Source: Rickettsiales bacterium | GTDB taxonomy: Bacteria; Pseudomonadota; Alphaproteobacteria; Rickettsiales; UBA1997 | Assembly (NCBI GenBank): GCA_017999675.1 | Contig: JAGNLL010000001.1 | Location: 196,472 to 260,471 of the forward strand | Direction of reading: 5' to 3' | DNA length: 64,000 nucleotides | Shown: positions 41,965-51,576 of the stretch, piece after piece | Numbering within the stretch: position 1 is the stretch's first letter | Layout of the letters: every line of letters starts with the position of its first letter | Translations under genes and position numbers: made by a program | Notes under the pieces: generated by a model | What the model was told of the DNA's origin: nothing | The model's input: only the letters and a program-made list of their open reading frames with translations | The model's database searches: none

Positions 41965-42590
41965 AAATTTTGTTTTTTAGGTTTTGCCTTTTTCATAAAT
42001 TCTTCAATCAGCTCTGACGATTTTTCGCCGCGAGTTTTTTCAATTCCTGAAGAAATATCGATCATGTTTGCGCCCGTGATTTTCAAGGCCTCTTCTACAT
42101 TTTCCACATTCAAACCGCCAGACAAAAACCAGTCTTTTTTGCAGTTAAAATTTTGTAAAATTTTCCAATCAAACGCCTCGCCACTTCCGGCAACTTTGCC
42201 GTCGAACAAAAATAGATCGGCGTAATTTTCAAAATCTTTGACCCTAGTCAAGTCGCTCGCACTCTCAATTTTAAACGCCTTGATAATTTTTATTTTTGGA
42301 AATTTTTCTCTCGCTTTTTTCAAAAATTCACAAGTTTCAGATCCGTGAAATTGAAAAAAATCTGGCGCAAAATCAGCAGCAATTTCTTCTAGATATTTAA
42401 AATCAGCATCCACCACCACAGCTACTCTAGCAATGCTTTGTGGCACTGCCAAAGAAATTTCTTTTGCTTTTTGTGGCGTAATAAAACGCGGAGATTTTTC
42501 GTAAAAAATAAAACCAAGAAAATCGCATTTTTGCGCCACAGCACTTTCAAGCGAAGACTTTGTAGTAAAACCGCAAAGCTTAACTTTCAT
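41955..42590 (-). CDS. trpF: N-(5'-phosphoribosyl)anthranilate isomerase
   Basis: From ATG 42590: MKVKLCGFTTKSSLESAVAQKCDFLGFIFYEKSPRFI...FQFHGSE...GGLNVENV. The track start 42701 overlaps ybaB and is unlikely. Confidence 0.85.
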   Translation of the reverse strand: MKVKLCGFTTKSSLESAVAQKCDFLGFIFYEKSPRFITPQKAKEISLAVPQSIARVAVVVDADFKYLEEIAADFAPDFFQFHGSETCEFLKKAREKFPKIKIIKAFKIESASDLTRVKDFENYADLFLFDGKVAGSGEAFDWKILQNFNCKKDWFLSGGLNVENVEEALKITGANMIDISSGIEKTRGEKSSELIEEFMKKAKPKKQNLCS

Positions 42591-42597
42591 ATTTTTA

Positions 42598-42912
42598 CTA
42601 AAGTTTGAATCCCGCTGGAAGCTGCATGCCGTTTGTTGCTGCCTTGACTGAATTATTTGAGCTGTCGTCAGATTTTTTCTTAGCGTCATTAAATGCCGCA
42701 ATGATTAGATCTTCTAAAATTTCTTTTTCGTCTTTTTCAATTAGTGACGGATCAATTGAAATTTTTTGCGCAATGCCAGCCCCTGTCACCACTACCTTCA
42801 CAACCCCACCACCAGAGGTTCCTTCGTAAGAAGAATTAGCCAATTCTTCTTGAACTTTTTGCATTTTTTTTTGCATTTCTTGCGCTTGGCGCATGAGTAA
42901 TTTGATGTCCAT
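42598..42912 (-). CDS. ybaB: Nucleoid-associated protein YbaB/EbfC
   Basis: 104 aa. MRQAQEMQKKMQKVQEEL, GGGVVKV..TG, and a C-terminus LPAGFKL. Confidence 0.88.
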   Translation of the reverse strand: MDIKLLMRQAQEMQKKMQKVQEELANSSYEGTSGGGVVKVVVTGAGIAQKISIDPSLIEKDEKEILEDLIIAAFNDAKKKSDDSSNNSVKAATNGMQLPAGFKL

Positions 42913-42924
42913 TTTTTAAAAAAT

Positions 42925-44073
42925 TTAGTTAAGTAATTGAGAAAATTTGTAGCGCATAATTTGGTTTATTCTTTTGAAGTAGCCACCCTTCTCAATTTCT
43001 TCTTGAGCGAAAAGTGGGTATTCAAAATTTTTGTATCCCGCCACTTCAACGTGCAAAGTTGCAACCTGCGAACCCTTGGCAATTGGGGTATAAAGCGGGG
43101 TTTTGTATTTTATTTTTACTCTCACCAAATCGAGCGATTTTTCGCGCGGCAAGTTAAAAGCAACCTGCTCTTTTGTTGCCACGGCAACTTTTGATTTTTC
43201 GCCAAGCCAAGTTTTTAAATGGGCCACGGTTTGATTTTTTTCAAAGATCACAATTTTTTTGTAATTTTCAAAACCGTAATTCATTAAGGCCGAAATGGCT
43301 GTGGCTCTGAGTCGCGGGGTTTTTGATTTATTTACCACCGCCACCAAAGTGCGGTGATCGTGCTTAACAATGTTAGTGACGCCGTAGCCGCCTTGATTGG
43401 TAAAACCAGTTTTGCCACCAATCACGCCGTCATATTTTTCAACGATTAGCGGGTTGTGATTATATTGCTTAATGCGGCGGTAGCTAAATTCAGAAATGCC
43501 AAAATAAGGCAAATATTGCGGCAGGTTTTGGTAGATGCTGGCACCCAGCGTGGCAAGATCGCGCACGCTCATGTAATGCTGCGGGTCGTAAAGACCGTGG
43601 GGATTTTGAAAGTGGCTGTTTTTCAAACCAATTTCTTGTGCTTTGGCGTTCATCAGGTCGACGAAATTTTCAATGCCATTGCCGGTGCTTTCAGCCAAAG
43701 CAATTGCGGCGTCGTTGCCAGAAATTGCTAAAAGACCTTTTACCAATTCGTCAATACTAACCACATCGCCGTAGTTTAAAAACATGCTTGAGCCCGATTT
43801 GCGCCAAGCGTCTTTTCCGATTAAGCATTGATTGTGTAAGCTAATTCGACCTTTTTTTACTTGGTCAAAAACCACGTAAGCCGTCATCATTTTAGTCATT
43901 GAAGAAGGCGGAATACGCACGTCAGCATTTTTTGCCAGCAACACTTCCTTGGTGTCAGCATCCATTAAAAAATAAAACTGCGCGTCTTGTAAAGCTTGGT
44001 CCAGCTCAGCGGCGCTTAGCTGCGAGGTGCATCCCAGAAGCAAGATGCAAAGAATTTTGTAAAAAATTTTCAT
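42925..44073 (-). CDS. D-alanyl-D-alanine carboxypeptidase (PBP5/6 type, peptidase S11)
   Basis: 382 aa with a signal peptide. Motifs: SMTKMMT (SxxK), SGND (SxN), KTGFT (KTG). Confidence 0.88.
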   Translation of the reverse strand: MKIFYKILCILLLGCTSQLSAAELDQALQDAQFYFLMDADTKEVLLAKNADVRIPPSSMTKMMTAYVVFDQVKKGRISLHNQCLIGKDAWRKSGSSMFLNYGDVVSIDELVKGLLAISGNDAAIALAESTGNGIENFVDLMNAKAQEIGLKNSHFQNPHGLYDPQHYMSVRDLATLGASIYQNLPQYLPYFGISEFSYRRIKQYNHNPLIVEKYDGVIGGKTGFTNQGGYGVTNIVKHDHRTLVAVVNKSKTPRLRATAISALMNYGFENYKKIVIFEKNQTVAHLKTWLGEKSKVAVATKEQVAFNLPREKSLDLVRVKIKYKTPLYTPIAKGSQVATLHVEVAGYKNFEYPLFAQEEIEKGGYFKRINQIMRYKFSQLLN

Positions 44074-44118
44074 TAAATTTCGTGCTCGATCAATTTTGAT
44101 TTGTGGAGAAATATTGGC

Positions 44119-44805
44119 TTATTTTTTCTTCTTAGAATCGACTTTTTCGGCATCTAGCGAAGCCATTGTCATTTCACTTTCTCCAAATGTTTTTTGCATT
44201 TGCTGCTTGCGCCTTAAGGCCTTTCTCTCAGCAATTAAAATTTCACTATTTGCAATATCTTGCGCGGTTTTTTGCGCGTTAATTTGATCAACTGCTTTTT
44301 GCATTGAGTCGTTTCCAGCCAGCAAATACTCCTTGTCAGACAGTTTAGTTTTAACTCCGTAAACATCTTCTGGCGGAATTTCAATGCGGTCAAACTCTGC
44401 GCCGGCTCTACGAAAAGCGGGGTACAAACCAAGATTGTAGGTAATTTCAAACATGTCCGGTGGCACGCTATTAGAAGGGTTTGAGCCTCTTGTTTGCTCG
44501 TAGCTTTCACCATTTGGTAGGTAGGTTTCTGGGGCTTTGTCGTTAAATTTATTAACGTCAACGTAAGCGTAATAATCGCGATTTTGCGCGTTAATTTCGT
44601 AGGGAGACGGCGATTGCATTACGGTCACTTTGCTGGAAATGGAGTCAGAAGTTCTGTCAGAATTTATTCGCGAAACATCTTCTTTAAATTTTTTTTCAAA
44701 ATCAGCATTCACGCTTGGCAGCGTTTTTGAAAAGCACGAAGTCAGAAGACCACAAAGCACAAGCGTCAGTAAAAATTTTAATGAAAAATTTTGCCAAAAT
44801 TGCAT
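44119..44805 (-). CDS. Hypothetical lipoprotein
   Basis: 228 aa with signal peptide and lipobox (LLTSC). I recognise no domain. Confidence 0.5.
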   Translation of the reverse strand: MQFWQNFSLKFLLTLVLCGLLTSCFSKTLPSVNADFEKKFKEDVSRINSDRTSDSISSKVTVMQSPSPYEINAQNRDYYAYVDVNKFNDKAPETYLPNGESYEQTRGSNPSNSVPPDMFEITYNLGLYPAFRRAGAEFDRIEIPPEDVYGVKTKLSDKEYLLAGNDSMQKAVDQINAQKTAQDIANSEILIAERKALRRKQQMQKTFGESEMTMASLDAEKVDSKKKK

Positions 44806-44809
44806 TGGT

Positions 44810-45460
44810 TTATTTGCTTCTCATTAAAACTGCGTCGCTACCTGATGCTTTGATTTTTTTCATTAGTGCCAAAGCTTTTGGTTTGCTTTTAAATGGCCCA
44901 AGAATCACGCGGTAGATTGGCTTTTCACCTTCAACAGTTTCGACTCTGCCTTTGTGAAATTTTTCCATTTTGGCCAAAGTTTTTGTGGCATTTTCAGAGT
45001 TTTCAAACGAACCCACTTGCACGAAAAGTCCTTTTTCTGCGGCAGTTTTAGCAAGTTTTTTTGTTGGTTTTACTTCAGGTTTTGCGTCTTCTTCTGGGCT
45101 AGAAAGATCGTATTCAACTGTTTCGTCTTGTTTTCCTGCGCCAACCACCGGCTCTTGTTGTGCTGGTTTTTGAGGAGCAACTGGAGTGGCAAGCACACCG
45201 TAATCTGGCGCCATTTGTGGGGCAGAATTTTGTGCGGTTTCTTGCGGAAGGTTATTTTCAAACATCGCTGGCTGCTCTTTTAGCACACCTTGCGAAGACA
45301 TTGCCTGTTTGTTTAATTCGGGAATTTTGGTGACAACTGAGTGTGAGTTGCCGTCTAAATCAACAATTCTAATTCTTGGCTGCTGTTCATTTTTTGCTGC
45401 ACAAGAAGCAAAGATTAAACTCAAAAAAAGAATAAAACTTTTACCAAGAAATTGTTTCAT
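44810..45460 (-). CDS. SPOR domain lipoprotein
   Basis: 216 aa. Lipobox IFASC, a low-complexity P/Q linker, and a C-terminal SPOR-like domain (LFVQVGSF.N..NA......K.....YRVILGPF). Confidence 0.7.
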   Translation of the reverse strand: MKQFLGKSFILFLSLIFASCAAKNEQQPRIRIVDLDGNSHSVVTKIPELNKQAMSSQGVLKEQPAMFENNLPQETAQNSAPQMAPDYGVLATPVAPQKPAQQEPVVGAGKQDETVEYDLSSPEEDAKPEVKPTKKLAKTAAEKGLFVQVGSFENSENATKTLAKMEKFHKGRVETVEGEKPIYRVILGPFKSKPKALALMKKIKASGSDAVLMRSK

Positions 45461-45559
45461 TTTTGCTGAAATTTTGTTGAAGCTCTAGGGTTGGCCTTGC
45501 GAGCCGCGAACCTATTTTGACACTTACAAAAGACAACAAATAAATGGGGGAAATTTTAA

Positions 45560-45721
45560 TTATTTTTTGCTCTGATTTTCATCCACATCGTCAAACAAAA
45601 TTCTGTTTGCGGCACCTTGTAAATCTTCGTATTGTTTGCTTTTCAAACTCCACAAAAAGCAGCCTAAACCTAACAGCCCCAAGGCTAAAGTGATTGGAAT
45701 TAGAAAAATTAAAACTGTCAT
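45560..45721 (-). CDS. ccoS: cbb3-type cytochrome oxidase maturation protein CcoS/FixS (not in ORF track, 53 aa)
   Basis: Hand translation gives MTVLIFLIPITLALGLLGLGCFLWSLKSKQYEDLQGAANRILFDDVDENQSKK. It has a single TM segment followed by the conserved QYDDLEG-x-RILxDD-like motif. ATGA start/stop overlap with ccoI. Confidence 0.8.
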   Translation of the reverse strand: MTVLIFLIPITLALGLLGLGCFLWSLKSKQYEDLQGAANRILFDDVDENQSKK

Positions 45722-48078
45722 TTTTTTGAATTGATGCGAAGTGAATTAAATAAAACCAGCAGCGACGAAGACGACATTGCAATTGCCGCAATTAACGGCA
45801 CCACGTGTCCAGCCATTGCGTAAGGCACGGCAAATAAATTGTAGATCAGCGCAATTAAAAGATTTTGTTTCATTAACGAAATCGCTTTGGCCGAAGAATT
45901 TATTAGCTCAATTATTGGCATTAATTTTTCGCCGCAAATTACCACGTCGGCAATGTTTTGCGAAATGTCAGAGGCTTTTGAAAATGAAATTGAAACATGC
46001 GACAAAGCCAAAGCTGGTGCGTCGTTAAGCCCATCTCCCACCATTACAAATTTTTTATTTTCGGCTTTTAATTTTTCTAAAAATTGCACTTTTGAAACTG
46101 GTGTTTGTTCAAAATAAAATTCTGAAATTTGCAATTTTTGCGCAACATTTTCGACCGGATTTTGCGCGTCACCCGAAAGCAAAATTATTTTTTTGCCCAT
46201 TTTTTTAAGCGCCTCAATTGTGGTTTTGGCGTCACTTTTGAGAGCGTCTTCAAACAAAAATACCAACTCATCCTCACCAAATTTTGCAAAGCAGGTGAGC
46301 AAATTTTGGTCAAATTCAAAATTATTTTTTACTTGGCAAAAACTTTTTCTGCCCAGTTTTAAAACTTTATTTTCAAAATTAGCTTCAAGCCCCAGCCCTT
46401 GATTTTCTTGCACTTGCAGCGTTTCTAACTCGCCTTCAAAACTTGCAGAAATTGCTTTTGAAATTGGGTGACGACTTTTTGAGGCGAGAGATGCGGCGAG
46501 TTTTAGGTAAGAATTTTTTTGAGAATCTGTGAGTGAAATTTTTTTGTTTTCTTGCAGCAAAAACATCTCAACCAAACGCGGCGAACCAATTGTTAAACTT
46601 CCCGTTTTGTCAAAAACCACCACGTCAATTTCGCGCAATTTTTCTAGCGCTTCGCCCGACTTCAGCAAAATTCCTTTGCGAATAAAATTTGAAATCACAA
46701 TGGTTTGCACAATCGGCACAGCCAATGCCAGAGCACACGGACAGGTAATAATTAAAACCGCCGTTGCGTTCATTAACGCATTTTCCCAGCCTGATTTCAG
46801 CCAAAAAATAAAAGTGCCAAGCGCCAAAAGATGCACCGCTGGCGTGTAAAATTTCGACAAATAATCGCTAATTCTAATGTAGTGATTTTTTTTATTTTCG
46901 GCTTCTTCGCTCAAACGAATAATTTCTGAAAGCAGGCTGTTATTTGCCGCTTTGGTGATTTTTATTTTTAGAGGTGCTGCCAAATTAATTGTGCCGGCAA
47001 AAACCTCACTGCCTTTCGAAGCCTTCTTGGGCAAGGTTTCGCCACTAATTAATGCCGTGTCAATTTCGCTTTCTCCTTCAAGCACCACGCCGTCGGCAGC
47101 AATTTTTTCACCAACCGCCACAACTAAAATCATTCCTTCTTGCAACTGCTTAATTGGCAAAATTTTAATTTTTGAATCTTCTTCCACTCGCCCAAAACTG
47201 GCCGAAAGCAGCGTAAATTCTGAGGCAATTGCAAAGGCTTTTTTGCGCGCTTTTAAGTCGAGGTAGCGACCAATTAACAAAAAGAAAATCAGCATTACTG
47301 CCGAGTCAAAATAAACGTGCGCCGCCCCTCTAAAAGTTTCTAGAAGGCTGACCGCGCAGGCTAAAAAAATGGCAATTGAAATTGCCAGATCCATGTTGGG
47401 AAAGCCCTGTTTTGTTGAGCGCCAAGCCGATGCAAAAAATGGCCGCGCCGAAAAAATAATGACGGGAAGCGAAATTAGTGACGAAAAAAAATGCAGCAAA
47501 TTGCGACTTTCTTTGCCCATTTCAGAAGCATCAGCAAACCACAGCGAGTAAGACATTAACATTACGTTGCCCACACCAAAGCCAGCAACAGCCAAAGCGC
47601 GCAAGATTGAGTCAGAATATTTTTTGTCAGCGCTGTTTAAAATTTCGGCGTCAAATGGCAAAAGTTTGTAGCCGATTTCGTGAATTAAATGAACCAAGTC
47701 ATTGCCCGTTTTTGCGTCACCATTCCAGCGCAAAAACAAAGTTTTTTTCGACAGATTAATGCGCGCCGCAACAACTGATTCTTGTTTTTTTAAAATGCTT
47801 TCAATCAACCAAACGCACGCCGCGCAGTGCAAACCTTGCACAATTAGCGACACCGAATTTGAACCGTCTTTTTCGTGAGAAATAAATTCTGCTACGTCAA
47901 TTTCTTCTTCAATTTCTGGCTTAATTTTGCGCACCGACAAATCGATTTGGCGCAGCTTGTAGTAGTTTTCGAAGCCAAATTTATTTACAATTTTGTAGGC
48001 GGTAGAGCAGCCCAAACAGCAAAAATCTTCTGCCTGATTTTGAGTGTTTTCGCCGCAATGTAAGCAGGGTTTTACCAT
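45718..48078 (-). CDS. ccoI: Copper-translocating P1B-type ATPase CcoI/FixI
   Basis: 786 aa. N-terminal CLHCG...FCCLGC, HMA domain GLHCAACV, CPCALALA, DKTGSLT, GDGLNDAP. Confidence 0.9.
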   Translation of the reverse strand: MVKPCLHCGENTQNQAEDFCCLGCSTAYKIVNKFGFENYYKLRQIDLSVRKIKPEIEEEIDVAEFISHEKDGSNSVSLIVQGLHCAACVWLIESILKKQESVVAARINLSKKTLFLRWNGDAKTGNDLVHLIHEIGYKLLPFDAEILNSADKKYSDSILRALAVAGFGVGNVMLMSYSLWFADASEMGKESRNLLHFFSSLISLPVIIFSARPFFASAWRSTKQGFPNMDLAISIAIFLACAVSLLETFRGAAHVYFDSAVMLIFFLLIGRYLDLKARKKAFAIASEFTLLSASFGRVEEDSKIKILPIKQLQEGMILVVAVGEKIAADGVVLEGESEIDTALISGETLPKKASKGSEVFAGTINLAAPLKIKITKAANNSLLSEIIRLSEEAENKKNHYIRISDYLSKFYTPAVHLLALGTFIFWLKSGWENALMNATAVLIITCPCALALAVPIVQTIVISNFIRKGILLKSGEALEKLREIDVVVFDKTGSLTIGSPRLVEMFLLQENKKISLTDSQKNSYLKLAASLASKSRHPISKAISASFEGELETLQVQENQGLGLEANFENKVLKLGRKSFCQVKNNFEFDQNLLTCFAKFGEDELVFLFEDALKSDAKTTIEALKKMGKKIILLSGDAQNPVENVAQKLQISEFYFEQTPVSKVQFLEKLKAENKKFVMVGDGLNDAPALALSHVSISFSKASDISQNIADVVICGEKLMPIIELINSSAKAISLMKQNLLIALIYNLFAVPYAMAGHVVPLIAAIAMSSSSLLVLFNSLRINSKK

Positions 48079-48551
48079 TGAATTAGGTGGCGCTCAACTT
48101 TTGAAAATCTGGTTTGATCCTTGGCAACAATCAGCATTGAAAAGTCCCACTGGCCTTGCAGCGGAAACTCAACTGCGGTTTTGTACACGCCGTCGTTAAA
48201 ACTTATTTGGCGCGAAAAATCCATTCCCTCTTGGGCGGGGCGCTTGAACTCAATAAAAATTTGTGCGTCAGGAATGGTGCGAAATTTGCTGTCTTTTAGT
48301 GAAACCCAAACGCTGCCTTTGTTGGCGTGAGAATGGTTAAATTTAGCTTCAACTCTCCAGCCCAATTTTTTTTGTTGCTCTTCTTGCTTTAGCGTGTCGT
48401 TGTAGTTGAGACCTTTTTTGTAAGAATCAGTAGTCACAAGGCCGCTCCACGTTTTTTTAGCAATGTAAATGTAGCCAAAATTTACCAAAAAAATCACGGC
48501 AAAAAAGGCCACAAAAATGTAGGGAATTTTCGATTTTTTCTCAGTTGTCAT
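48072..48551 (-). CDS. ccoH: FixH/CcoH family protein
   Basis: A single TM segment (IPYIFVAFFAVIFLVNFGYIYIA), then SYKKGLNYN...KLGWRVEA, typical of FixH. I prefer ATG 48551 (MTTEKK). The track start 48608 overlaps rnpA by 49 nt. Confidence 0.75.
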   Translation of the reverse strand: MTTEKKSKIPYIFVAFFAVIFLVNFGYIYIAKKTWSGLVTTDSYKKGLNYNDTLKQEEQQKKLGWRVEAKFNHSHANKGSVWVSLKDSKFRTIPDAQIFIEFKRPAQEGMDFSRQISFNDGVYKTAVEFPLQGQWDFSMLIVAKDQTRFSKVERHLIQW

Positions 48552-48559
48552 TTTTTCAA

Positions 48560-48958
48560 TTATTTTTTGTTTTGAGGGGTTGAAGGCCCGTGAATTCTTT
48601 TTAGACAAAATTTCAAATCACTAGAAATTTTCTCAAAATCTTCCTCAGCAATTTCGCGGCGCGCGATTAAAACGTAGTCGTAGTGATTCTTAGCGTAAAG
48701 CTCAGCGATCTTGGCAAAAAGAGCGCGCAGCCTTCTTTTGGCGCGATTACGAGTGACGGCATTGCCAACAGTTTTGCTTACGGTGTAACCGACGCGACAA
48801 AAATCTTGGGCGTTTTTATTTTCTGCTAAATTTTGGAAGTAGTTTTGAGGAGTTGGGTGTGTGAGAAGAAGAATGGTCTTGGAGTGAAATTTTTGACCTT
48901 TTTTACTGATGTTTTGGAATTCTGCGGATCTGGTGATTTGGAGTATTTTAAGAGGCAT
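48560..48958 (-). CDS. rnpA: Ribonuclease P protein component
   Basis: 132 aa, basic. RVGYTVSKTVGNAVTRNRAKRRLR (RNR motif). It sits directly downstream of rpmH. Confidence 0.88.
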   Translation of the reverse strand: MPLKILQITRSAEFQNISKKGQKFHSKTILLLTHPTPQNYFQNLAENKNAQDFCRVGYTVSKTVGNAVTRNRAKRRLRALFAKIAELYAKNHYDYVLIARREIAEEDFEKISSDLKFCLKRIHGPSTPQNKK

Positions 48959-49003
48959 CTAAAGAGAAGAAGTAAGCCGACTTTTTAGCCGGCCTTACAA
49001 AAT

Positions 49004-49138
49004 TTAAACTGTCAAACTAGCACGACCTTTCAAACGACGACGAGCTAAAACTTTACGTCCACCAGCTGTTGCCATTCTTGATCTGAAGCCGTGTCTTCTT
49101 TTGCGCACAATCTTACTTGGCTGCCAAGTTCTTTTCAT
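49004..49138 (-). CDS. rpmH: 50S ribosomal protein L34 (not in ORF track, 44 aa)
   Basis: Hand translation gives [44 protein letters not shown], the canonical L34 sequence. Confidence 0.95.
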   Translation of the reverse strand: MKRTWQPSKIVRKRRHGFRSRMATAGGRKVLARRRLKGRASLTV

Positions 49139-49250
49139 AAATTACCTTTGAGTGTTTTGAGATTTTTGTTGTTCGACCATCTAAAGAGGCGGGGCAAGGT
49201 AGGCAGCGATCTTTTAATTGCAAGCAACTATTTGCCTAAAAATTGGGACA

Positions 49251-49287
49251 AAAAAAGTGAATTTTGAGCCCCGGGGCTCAAAATTCA
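49251..49287 (-). terminator. Rho-independent terminator after panD
   Basis: Perfect 30-nt palindrome TGAATTTTGAGCCCC|GGGGCTCAAAATTCA (49258-49287), followed on the minus strand by CTTTTTTT. Confidence 0.8.
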
Positions 49288-49342
49288 AAGAAATGCATTT
49301 TAACCAGCAATTCCAAGGCTTCAAAGCCCATTAAAATTAGCC

Positions 49343-49690
49343 CTAAATTTGACGATTTTTGTCATTTACCAGAACCACTTTTGGCACAAAATTTTTCGCT
49401 TCTTCTGCGTCCATTGAAGCGTAAGAAATAATAATCACCGGGTCACCCACATGCACCAAACGCGCTGCGGCGCCGTTTACTTGAATTGCGCCCGATCCCG
49501 CTTCGGCCGGAATTACGTAAGTCGTAAAACGCTCGCCGTTATTCACATTGAGCACGTCGACTTTTTCGTGTACTAAAATGCCCGAAGCCGCAAGCAGATT
49601 GGTGTCAATCGAGATCGAGCCTTCGTAATTAAGGTCAGCACAAGTGACAGTGGCGCGGTGAATTTTGGCTTTAAAGAGAGTTAATTGCAT
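49343..49690 (-). CDS. panD: Aspartate 1-decarboxylase
   Basis: 115 aa: [29 protein letters not shown], with the self-processing G-S site. Confidence 0.92.
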   Translation of the reverse strand: MQLTLFKAKIHRATVTCADLNYEGSISIDTNLLAASGILVHEKVDVLNVNNGERFTTYVIPAEAGSGAIQVNGAAARLVHVGDPVIIISYASMDAEEAKNFVPKVVLVNDKNRQI

Positions 49691-51576
49691 TTTTTCAGAT
49701 TTTTTAAATGTTGAACAACCTCAGGATTGACAAGGGTTGAAATGTCGCCGAGGTCTTCTTCACCCGCAACAATTTTTTTCAAAATACGCCGCATTATTTT
49801 GCCCGATCTGGTTTTTGGCAGGTCTGACACGAAATAGATTTTTTCGGGACGCGCAATTGCGCCGATTTCTTTTTGAATGTTGGCGAGAATTTCTTGTTCG
49901 AGATTTTCGTCCGCCGCAGCTTTCAAAATCACAAAAACGTAAACCCCCTCGCCTTTTACCTCGTGCGGCAAGCCAATCGCCGCTGATTCTGAAACTTTTG
50001 AATGCAGGTTAACGGCATTTTCAATTTCTGCCGTGCCTAGACGGTGACCCGAAACTTTAATCACGTCGTCAGTTCGACCAATGATTCTGTAAAGCCCGTC
50101 TTCGTCACAAAAGGCGCCGTCTCCGGCTAAGTAGTAGCCGGGGAATTGTTGGTAGTAGGTTTTCAAAAACTTCTCAGGGTCTCCCCAAACGCCAAGAGCC
50201 ATGCTGGGCCAAGGTTGAGAGAAACAAAGATTTCCAATTTTATTTTTTTCTAAAATTTTATTTCCCGCGTCATCCAGCAAAATCGGCACAATTCCAGGCA
50301 AAGGCAAACCGGCGTGAGATGGCTTGCTTTCTGTGACTCCAGCCATTGACGAAATTAAAATTCCACCCGTTTCAGTTTGCCACCAAGTGTCAACAATTGG
50401 GCATTTTTTCTTGCCGACTTTTTCGTTGTACCAGTGCCAAGCCTCTTCGTTTATTGGCTCGCCAACGCTGCCCAAAGTTTTTAGCGACGACAAATCGTGC
50501 CCTTCAACAAACTCGTCGCCCTTTTGCATTAGCGCTCTGATTGCGGTTGGCGCGGTGTAAAAAATATTTACTTTGTGTTTGTCGATTACCTGCCAAAAGC
50601 GCGCTGGAGTTGGGTGGGTGGGGATTCCTTCAAACATTAAAATCGTCGCGCCGTTTAGAAGCGGGCCGTAAACCAAATAGCTGTGACCGGTGATCCAGCC
50701 AATGTCGGCGCTGCAAAAATGGATGTCGCCTTGCTGGTAGTTAAAAACATTTTGAAAAGAATAACCGGCGTAAACCATGTAGCCGCCTAGGCTGTGAACG
50801 ATTCCTTTGGGGTTTCCAGTTGAGCCTGAAGTGTACAAAATAAAAAGAGGATCTTGCGAGTTCAGTGCCGGCGCTTGATTTGTGGCTGAATATTTTGCCA
50901 CCTCTTCTTGCCAAATAAGCGGCTTTAAATTGCCGTAGGAAGGAGTTTTTGAAGAGCGCGAGTAAAGTATTACATCCGTCACCAAATCGCACTCTAAAAG
51001 CGCCTCTTTGGCAATTTCAAAAAGGGCAATTTCTTTGTCGCCGCGAAAAAGCAAATCTGACGTAATTAAAATTTTGGCACCGCAATCTTTGATTCTGCCC
51101 GCCAAAGATTTAGCTGAAAAACCGGCAAACACCACCGAATGAATCGCGCCAATTCTAGCACAAGCAAGCATTGCCACCACACTTTGCGGAATCATTGGCA
51201 TGTAGATGCAAACTCTGTCGCCCACCTTCACACCGCGCGCCAGTAGCAAATTGGCGAATTGGCAAACTTGTTGGTGAAGCTCTTTGTAGGTTATTTTTTG
51301 GCTTTTTTCTTGCGGGTCGTTTGATTCCCAAATGATTGCGGTTTTGTCGCCAGACTGCTCTAAGTGGCGGTCAAGACAATTGTAAGAAATGTTGGTTTTG
51401 CCGTTTTTAAACCACTCGATTTGGCCTTTTTCTAAATTGCAATTTTCAACTTCGCTGAATTTTTCAAACCAAGTGAAGTTGTTGGCAATTTCGCCCCAGA
51501 ATTTTTTTGGATTGGCGATTGAGGCTTGGTATTGTTGGTTGTATTCGGATTTTGATTGGATGTGAAATTTAGACAT
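49681..51576 (-). CDS. acs: Acetyl-CoA synthetase
   Basis: [27 protein letters not shown], and the C-terminus [11 protein letters not shown]. Probable start ATG 51576 (MSKFHIQSK). Confidence 0.93.
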   Translation of the reverse strand: MSKFHIQSKSEYNQQYQASIANPKKFWGEIANNFTWFEKFSEVENCNLEKGQIEWFKNGKTNISYNCLDRHLEQSGDKTAIIWESNDPQEKSQKITYKELHQQVCQFANLLLARGVKVGDRVCIYMPMIPQSVVAMLACARIGAIHSVVFAGFSAKSLAGRIKDCGAKILITSDLLFRGDKEIALFEIAKEALLECDLVTDVILYSRSSKTPSYGNLKPLIWQEEVAKYSATNQAPALNSQDPLFILYTSGSTGNPKGIVHSLGGYMVYAGYSFQNVFNYQQGDIHFCSADIGWITGHSYLVYGPLLNGATILMFEGIPTHPTPARFWQVIDKHKVNIFYTAPTAIRALMQKGDEFVEGHDLSSLKTLGSVGEPINEEAWHWYNEKVGKKKCPIVDTWWQTETGGILISSMAGVTESKPSHAGLPLPGIVPILLDDAGNKILEKNKIGNLCFSQPWPSMALGVWGDPEKFLKTYYQQFPGYYLAGDGAFCDEDGLYRIIGRTDDVIKVSGHRLGTAEIENAVNLHSKVSESAAIGLPHEVKGEGVYVFVILKAAADENLEQEILANIQKEIGAIARPEKIYFVSDLPKTRSGKIMRRILKKIVAGEEDLGDISTLVNPEVVQHLKNLKKCN

